Source: an uncultured Chlamydiae bacterium (GTDB taxonomy: Bacteria > Chlamydiota > Chlamydiia > Chlamydiales > SM23-39). Taken from it: a stretch of 64,000 nt of DNA. A program made the position numbers and the translations under genes. Below, piece after piece: positions 54,996-64,000 of the stretch (position 1 is its first letter; each line of letters starts with the position of its first letter). The stretch covers positions 96,001 to 160,000 of the forward strand of contig CAWHDP010000002.1 of assembly GCA_963828125.1 (NCBI GenBank). Reading direction: 5' to 3'. Under the pieces are notes generated by a model, which saw only the letters and a list, made by a program, of their open reading frames with translations, did no database searches and was not told the origin of the DNA.

Positions 54996-56420
54996 ATGGA
55001 AGAGCAAGAAGGGGAATCCCAGACCAGCCGCATTGATGATTTGCTCAAGGAGAAATTAGAAAAAACGTTTCATAAGCAGACTTCGAAAGTCCGCTTGCAC
55101 GATATTGCTAAAATCGCCTGTGAACACTCTCCGATCGACCTCGCCTACGCGGCCAGCCACCTTCCCCCGAATGTCCGGCCTGTCCTTTACGAAAATCTCC
55201 CAAGCCGGGATGACAAAATCAAATTTATCATCAATACGGATAGCGATACTCGGCTGACCCTATTCCGGCAGCTCGACGATATTGAGCTCAAGAAAATTTT
55301 CGATCGGATGCCCACCGACGAGGCGGTCTGGGTCGTCGATGACATGCCGGAGCGGAGATTTCGGCGGCTGATGGATCTGATCGACTCGAAAAAAGCGATG
55401 CGGATCCGCGAACTCAAAAAGCATAGCCGAAAAAGCGCTGGGAGACTCATGACCTCCGAGTTCTTCGCCTTTACGATGGAGCTGACTATTGGCGAGGCGG
55501 CAGCCTACATCAGGGATAATCCCCGGATCGATTTTACGAAGGGGATTTTCGTTCTCAATCACACCGGGGAGCTCCAAGGCTACGTCCCGGCGCGGAATAT
55601 GATGATCAACCCCGCCCAGACCCCCCTGAGGCAGGTCATGCGCCCTGTCCTCCATAAAGTGACAGTGGATGCGACCCGCGAAGAGGTGATCGACATTGTA
55701 GAAAGGTATAAAATTTCTTCGCTGCCGGTCGTTGATATCGATAATGAACTCATCGGCGTCATTTCTCATGACGATATTGTCGAGGCGATGGAGGATTTGG
55801 CTGACGAGACGATGGCGAGGATGGCAGGGACCAATGAAAAATTTACCTCGCACGATCCGATTTTGCGCCGTTTCCTTTCAAGGGCCCCTTGGCTTTTCGT
55901 CACCCTTACGGCGGGGCTTTTGAATGTGGGGGTCATGTCGTCCTTCCAAAGACACGAAGGGGGCGTTTTGACCTTCGCCCTCTGTTTCGTTCCGCTCATC
56001 ACGGGGATGTCTGGCAATATCGGGCTCCAGTGCAGCACTGTCCTTGTCCGGATCATGGCCGTCGGAGGCCTTTCGGCAGGGAGCCGGAGAGAGACGATTG
56101 TCAAAGAACTTCTCAGCGGCCTTTTTACCGGCGCTGTTTTTGGCGTCGGTTGCGGCGTCCTTGTCTATTTGCTCGATTTTTTAAGCGGCGGAGCCCTCGG
56201 GTCAACGACGCCCGGCGCCGTTGCCTCGATCGTGAGCATCGGTCTCGTCGGCGGCTGTTTTGCAGGGACGTTTCTCGGCGTTTTTTCTCCCCTTTTTTTC
56301 TCGCGGATCGGCGTCGATCCGGCGATATCGGCAGGTCCGATTATCACGGCGTTTAACGATTTTCTTTCGATGACGATCTACTTTATGATCGCTTGGGGCG
56401 TCAGCAACTTTTTCTTTTGA
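54996..56420 (+). CDS. mgtE: Magnesium transporter MgtE
   Basis: CBS pair, RAPWL, GNIGLQ and DPAISAGPIITAFND. Confidence 0.93.
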   Translation: MEEQEGESQTSRIDDLLKEKLEKTFHKQTSKVRLHDIAKIACEHSPIDLAYAASHLPPNVRPVLYENLPSRDDKIKFIINTDSDTRLTLFRQLDDIELKKIFDRMPTDEAVWVVDDMPERRFRRLMDLIDSKKAMRIRELKKHSRKSAGRLMTSEFFAFTMELTIGEAAAYIRDNPRIDFTKGIFVLNHTGELQGYVPARNMMINPAQTPLRQVMRPVLHKVTVDATREEVIDIVERYKISSLPVVDIDNELIGVISHDDIVEAMEDLADETMARMAGTNEKFTSHDPILRRFLSRAPWLFVTLTAGLLNVGVMSSFQRHEGGVLTFALCFVPLITGMSGNIGLQCSTVLVRIMAVGGLSAGSRRETIVKELLSGLFTGAVFGVGCGVLVYLLDFLSGGALGSTTPGAVASIVSIGLVGGCFAGTFLGVFSPLFFSRIGVDPAISAGPIITAFNDFLSMTIYFMIAWGVSNFFF

Positions 56421-56469
56421 GCTGGACATTGGCCGTTTATCAGCGCTGATCAATAGCCAGTGTCCAGTT
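56421..56469. repeat. Degenerate family B palindrome directly after the mgtE stop
   Basis: GCTGGACATTGGCCGTTTATCAGCGCTGATCAATAGCCAGTGTCCAGTT. Confidence 0.75.
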
Positions 56470-56515
56470 GAGAGGGTCTTGTATTTTACATTGTTTTTTG
56501 ATAGAGTGACTGGTT

Positions 56516-59325
<2,810 letters not shown>

Positions 59326-59333
59326 GGGATTGC

Positions 59334-61790
59334 ATGTCGTATACACAAGATGAGACGATCGTAGCGCGCAACGTTGAAGAGGAGATGAAGGAGAGTTATC
59401 TTCGCTATTCGATGTCGGTCATTATTTCCCGCGCCCTTCCCGATGTGAGAGATGGGCTTAAACCGTCGCAGCGGAGAATTTTGTATGCCATGCGACAGCT
59501 GAACCTAACCCCCGGCGCCAAGCACCGTAAATGCGCCAAGATCTCGGGCGACACCTCCGGCGATTACCACCCGCACGGTGAAACAGTGATCTATCCGACT
59601 TTAGTCCGCCTCGCGCAAGATTGGGTCATGCGCTATACGCTCATCAACGGCCAAGGAAACTTTGGCTCGATCGACGGAGATCCGCCCGCCGCGATGCGTT
59701 ACACTGAAGCGCGCCTCACCGCCGCCTCGATGGCCCTCATGGAAGATCTCGATAAAGAGACCGTCGAAATGGTTCCGAACTACGACGAAACCAAGAACGA
59801 GCCGACCGTCTTTCCGGCGAAATTTCCCAACCTTCTTTGTAACGGCTCTTCTGGGATTGCAGTCGGGATGGCGACGAATATTCCGCCTCACAATCTCCTC
59901 GAACTCATCGGAGCGACTCTCCTTGTCCTCGACAACCGCAATGTAACGATCGACGAGATTATGAAAGTGATGCCCGGCCCCGATTTTCCCACAGGCGGCG
60001 TCATCTGCGGCTATCGAGGCGTCAAAGAGGCCTATCACTCCGGCAGAGGCAAACTGATCCTTCGCGCCCAAATGCGAGTGGAAGATATTGCGAACAATAA
60101 CCGGCAACAGATTGTCGTCGATGAAATCCCCTACAACGTCAATAAATCGAGACTCATCGAACGGATTGCCGAATTGATCAATGAAAAGACGATCACCGGC
60201 CTCTCTGATATTCGCGACGAATCGGATAAAGACGGCCTCCGGATCGTCCTCGAACTCAAACGGGGCGAGATTCCCGATGTTGTGATCAATCAGCTCTATA
60301 AAAATACCGATCTGCAAGTCACCTTTGGCTGCAACATGCTCGCCCTCGATCATGGTTTGCCTCGGACGATGAATATCAAGCACTTCATCTCTGCCTGGAT
60401 CGATCACCGGATCGACGTCATCCGCCGCAGAACCCGCTATGAATTGGCCAAAGCCGAGGCCCGCGCCCACATTTTAGAAGGGTACTTAAAGGCGCTCGAT
60501 CACCTCGACGAAGTGGTGAGAGTGATTAGAGCCTCCTCGAATCGGGACGCCGCCCGCACCGAGTTGATGATGCGCTTCGGCCTCTCCGAGAAGCAATCCA
60601 ACGCCGTCCTCGACCTCCGCCTCTACCAGCTCACGGGATTGGAGGCCGAGAAGATCGACGCCGAGTACAAAGATTTGCTTCTGAAGATTGCCCACTATCA
60701 GGCCGTCCTCGCCTCTGAATCGCTCGTCCGAGATATTATCCGTGAAGAGCTCGAAGATCTGAAAAAAGGACACAAAGCGGAGAGGAAAACCAAAATCATC
60801 GCCGCCGAAGGGGAATTTGCGATGGAAGATCTCATCGCCGACGAGCAGGTCGTCATTGCGATTTCGAGCGACGACTATATTAAGCGGATGCCCATCGACA
60901 CCTTCCGCGAACAGCGGCGAGGCGGCGCTGGCGTGAGCGGCATGGAGATGAAGAAAGAGACCGATAACTTAAAGAACATCTACGTCGCCTCTACCCACGA
61001 TTATTTGCTCATTTTTACCACCCTTGGGCGATGCTATTGGACCAAAGTCTGGCAAATTCCCGAAGGGGCCCGCCGAACCAAGGGACGCCCTATCATTAAC
61101 CTGTTAGAGGATTTAAGCGAAAATGAGAAGGTAGCGGCCATTCTCAGAGTAAAGAGCTTTGATGAAGAGGGGGCCTCAATCCTCCTCGCCACGATGAAAG
61201 GGGTCGTGAAAAAAACGGAACTCTCTGAATTCAGCAACCCCCGCCGCAAAGGGGTCTACGCCCTGAATATTGATGAAGGAGATCAGCTCATCGCCGCCCG
61301 TATGACCCATCCAGCCCAGCAGGTCATGCTCTTCACCAAGAACGGCATGGCCGTCCGCTTCGACGAATCGCTCGTCCGCTCCGTCGGCAGAGTCGCAAGG
61401 GGCGTTCGCGGAGTGACCCTGAAAAACGAGAATGACAAAGTAGTCAGCTGCGAAGTGGTTACCCCCGAAGAGAATATCCTTGTCGTCTGTGAAAATGGGT
61501 TTGGCAAGAGATCGAAAGTCGATGATTTTAGACAGACCAACCGAGGCGGCGTCGGAGTCCGCTCGATCATTGTCTCCGAACGGAATGGGCTTGTTGTCGG
61601 CGCGCTGAGCGTCGTCGATTCCGATAGCGTTTTGCTGATGTCCTCTGCAGGACAAGCTGTAAGGATTCCGATGAGCGACGTCCGCGTCATGGGCAGATCG
61701 ACCCAAGGAGTGCGCCTCGTCAATTTGAAAGAAGAGAACGACCTTGTCGTCGGCGCCCAGAAAATCGAAGCGGTTGCCGAAGAGCCTTAA
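59334..61790 (+). CDS. gyrA: DNA gyrase subunit A
   Basis: DGLKP, YHPHG, AAMRYTE and GyrA-box QRRGGAG. Confidence 0.98.
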   Translation: MSYTQDETIVARNVEEEMKESYLRYSMSVIISRALPDVRDGLKPSQRRILYAMRQLNLTPGAKHRKCAKISGDTSGDYHPHGETVIYPTLVRLAQDWVMRYTLINGQGNFGSIDGDPPAAMRYTEARLTAASMALMEDLDKETVEMVPNYDETKNEPTVFPAKFPNLLCNGSSGIAVGMATNIPPHNLLELIGATLLVLDNRNVTIDEIMKVMPGPDFPTGGVICGYRGVKEAYHSGRGKLILRAQMRVEDIANNNRQQIVVDEIPYNVNKSRLIERIAELINEKTITGLSDIRDESDKDGLRIVLELKRGEIPDVVINQLYKNTDLQVTFGCNMLALDHGLPRTMNIKHFISAWIDHRIDVIRRRTRYELAKAEARAHILEGYLKALDHLDEVVRVIRASSNRDAARTELMMRFGLSEKQSNAVLDLRLYQLTGLEAEKIDAEYKDLLLKIAHYQAVLASESLVRDIIREELEDLKKGHKAERKTKIIAAEGEFAMEDLIADEQVVIAISSDDYIKRMPIDTFREQRRGGAGVSGMEMKKETDNLKNIYVASTHDYLLIFTTLGRCYWTKVWQIPEGARRTKGRPIINLLEDLSENEKVAAILRVKSFDEEGASILLATMKGVVKKTELSEFSNPRRKGVYALNIDEGDQLIAARMTHPAQQVMLFTKNGMAVRFDESLVRSVGRVARGVRGVTLKNENDKVVSCEVVTPEENILVVCENGFGKRSKVDDFRQTNRGGVGVRSIIVSERNGLVVGALSVVDSDSVLLMSSAGQAVRIPMSDVRVMGRSTQGVRLVNLKEENDLVVGAQKIEAVAEEP

Positions 61791-61863
61791 TGGAGTTGGT
61801 AGAGTGGGCTGAAGCTATCCTCAGACAAGTTCTGCAGGCAGCCTAATATTGGACGACGAACTA

Positions 61864-61907
61864 TACTGCGGCCACCCCAAATTCACACTTTTGGGGTGGC
61901 CGCAGTA
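61864..61907. mobile_element. Family A MITE, perfect 44-bp copy, TA-flanked
   Basis: TA-TACTGCGGCCACCCCAAA-TTCACACT-TTTGGGGTGGCCGCAGTA-TA. Confidence 0.88.
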
Positions 61908-62018
61908 TATAAGAAATGGCTCTGGGTACGCACGATTTTTTGCCAGTCGAGCTCAAAAAGTTGGGACAAAAAATCGGCTCTCTGATAGCATCGTGGACAT
62001 TTCGTTTTCCGGAATGCT

Positions 62019-62996
62019 ATGCAACACATTGTCTATACTAGAGATCTTCGAAAAAGCTTTGCCGCCAAAAAGGGTCCCTATGAGGCGGTTCGAGGGGTGG
62101 ATTTGGCGGTAGCGCCTGGGGAAATCTTCGGGTTTCTAGGTCCAAACGGCGCAGGGAAGACCACGACCCTGAAAATGCTCACCACTCTCATGCAGCCCGA
62201 TAGCGGCGATGCGCAGGTCAGCGGTTTTGATGTGAGGAAGGATCCTCAAGAAGTTCGAAAACGGATCGGCTACGTGAGCCAGGCGGGCGGCACCGATCGG
62301 GACGCGAAGGGGATTGAAAACCTCCTTTTGCAGGGCCAGCTCTACGGGATGACGCTGGAGTGCGCCAAAAAACGGGCGGCTGAAGTGATCGAGATCCTCA
62401 ATCTGACCGACTGCGCTGACCGTTTTGTGAATACTTATTCCGGAGGTCAGCGAAGAAGACTCGATATTGGCTTAGGCGTCATGCACCGCCCCGATGTACT
62501 GTTCCTAGACGAGCCAACCACCGGTTTGGATCCGCAAAATCGGGCCAACCTTTGGGATCAAATCCGCTCTCTCCGCGAGCAGGGGACAACCGTATTTCTC
62601 ACCTCCCACTATCTCGACGAAATCGATCTCCTCTCCGATCGGCTGGCTATTATGGATCATGGAATGATTGTCGCTGAGGGAACTCCTCGAGATTTGAAGA
62701 AGGAGATCGCAGGGGACGTTGTGACAATCGGCCTTAAAAAAGGGCAAAAAATCGATCTCCGCTCGATGGAACTTTTCATGAGACGGCCGTTTGTTCGCGA
62801 AGTGACGCAGGCGGAGCAAAGTATGCGCCTTTATGTGGAAGACGGCGAAACGGCCCTCCCTCAAATTCTCCGCCTTCTCGATGAGGAAAAAATCCACCTG
62901 CAAACAATTGCCCTCTCAATGCCAACCCTCGACGACGTGTTCCTCAAAAAAACAGGAAGATCTCTCCGCGAGAGCGATACGCAAGGAAAATCATGA
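62019..62996 (+). CDS. DrrA-like ABC transporter ATP-binding protein
   Basis: GPNGAGKTT, YSGGQRRRLD, LDEPTTGLDP and PTLDDVFL. Confidence 0.92.
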   Translation: MQHIVYTRDLRKSFAAKKGPYEAVRGVDLAVAPGEIFGFLGPNGAGKTTTLKMLTTLMQPDSGDAQVSGFDVRKDPQEVRKRIGYVSQAGGTDRDAKGIENLLLQGQLYGMTLECAKKRAAEVIEILNLTDCADRFVNTYSGGQRRRLDIGLGVMHRPDVLFLDEPTTGLDPQNRANLWDQIRSLREQGTTVFLTSHYLDEIDLLSDRLAIMDHGMIVAEGTPRDLKKEIAGDVVTIGLKKGQKIDLRSMELFMRRPFVREVTQAEQSMRLYVEDGETALPQILRLLDEEKIHLQTIALSMPTLDDVFLKKTGRSLRESDTQGKS

Positions 62997-63754
62997 AAAT
63001 ACTCACTGATATCCGTCTCTTCTACAAGAGAAAACTCCTCGAGCTCCTCCGGAATCCCCCCTTCATCTTCATGGGCATTTCGACGCCGATCCTCTACCTT
63101 GCCCTCTTCTCCCCTTTGCTCAAAAATTTTGCTGGCGCCCCTGGATTTCCCGAGGGTAACATCCTCAATACCTTCGTTCCGGGGATGCTGATTCTGACCG
63201 CCTTCTATAACGGCCTTTTTGCCGGATGGGGCGTCATTGACGAACTTCGAAATGGGGTGATCGACCGCTTTCGGGTCAGCCCGTGCAGCCGTTTCTCTAT
63301 TTTGGCTGGCCCTGTCCTGCGCGATCTCGTAGCGGTTCTCTTTCAGAATCTCTTCTTCGTCCTCATCGCGCTTCCCTTCGGCTTCCGGTTCGATCCGCTA
63401 GGGATGCTCATCCTCTTCTCCCTTTTTTCCCTCCTCCTCGCCTGCTCCTCGACCCTCGCAAACGCCCTAGGCCTGATCACAAAAAGCGAAGACAAGCTAG
63501 CCCCCATCATCCAAGGGATCACACTCCCCATCACACTCCTTTCAGGGATGCTCTTGCCAATGGAGCTCGCTCCCACTTGGCTCCGTGCCGTTGCCCACTT
63601 CAACCCCCTCTTTTATGTCGTGCAGGCAGCGCGCGAACTCACAGCCGGCCATATCGGCGCTCCTGTTGTGATCCAGGCTTTTATCATCATGAGTTTGCTG
63701 ACTGTAGTCACTCTTCGATGGGGGACGAATCTCTTCCGCAAGGCGGTTGCTTGA
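62993..63754 (+). CDS. DrrB-like ABC-2 permease
   Basis: Six TMs, FVPG and NPLFYVV. ATGA overlap with the ATPase. Confidence 0.9.
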   Translation: MKILTDIRLFYKRKLLELLRNPPFIFMGISTPILYLALFSPLLKNFAGAPGFPEGNILNTFVPGMLILTAFYNGLFAGWGVIDELRNGVIDRFRVSPCSRFSILAGPVLRDLVAVLFQNLFFVLIALPFGFRFDPLGMLILFSLFSLLLACSSTLANALGLITKSEDKLAPIIQGITLPITLLSGMLLPMELAPTWLRAVAHFNPLFYVVQAARELTAGHIGAPVVIQAFIIMSLLTVVTLRWGTNLFRKAVA

Positions 63755-63799
63755 AAACTCAAGCGACCAAAAAAGCCGAAAAGTGGTATGAGCTGAGGT

Positions 63800-64000
63800 A
63801 TGGCAAAAAAATATGATGAAAGCACCGTCCAGTCGCTAGACGCCCTCGCCCATATAAGGCTCCGCTCAGGGATGTATATCGGCCGTCTCGGAGATGGCTC
63901 CCACCCCGATGACGGAATCTATGTGATGCTCAAAGAATCGATTGACAATTCAATCGATGAGTTCATCATGGGATACGGGAAGAAAATTGATATTCAACTC
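63800..64000 (+). CDS. parE: DNA topoisomerase IV subunit B (chlamydial type), 5' fragment
   Basis: Hand-translated [55 protein letters not shown]. Runs off the window. Confidence 0.9.
   Translation, partial: MAKKYDESTVQSLDALAHIRLRSGMYIGRLGDGSHPDDGIYVMLKESIDNSIDEFIMGYGKKIDIQL

Overview
This window is from a bacterium of the phylum Chlamydiota, probably an environmental (non-Chlamydiaceae) lineage. The assignment rests on chlamydia-type gene order: htrB-ybbR-dacA/cydAB, priA plus a CT779-like gene, nusB-murB, infC-rpmI-rplT-pheS, mgtE-DUF721-gyrBA and a chlamydial-type parE. The backbone is core genes (glgP, pgm, priA, sucCD, rsmE, cydAB, typA, gyrBA) and two tRNAs (Val-GAC, Ser-TGA). Accessory material is interspersed: a BrxD/DUF2791-like P-loop ATPase with a coupled partner gene, a signal-peptide RHS toxin with an immunity gene, AT-rich orphan effector-like genes and two ABC exporters. 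At least two families of short palindromic repeats occur, and one copy shows a direct TA target-site duplication inside a copy of the other family. Main leads: (1) an unlisted His-rich leader peptide (MFKKILNAPATRSLSRSRHHHSH) before a sodium:solute symporter, suggesting His-sensing attenuation; (2) an intact but apparently catalytically dead ThrRS-like protein at the thrS position before infC; (3) the ATPase/partner module as a candidate defence system; (4) the RHS module. Three single-base frameshifts (ATPase, sucC, RHS) may be sequencing errors. All calls are from motif recognition by eye; no searches were run.
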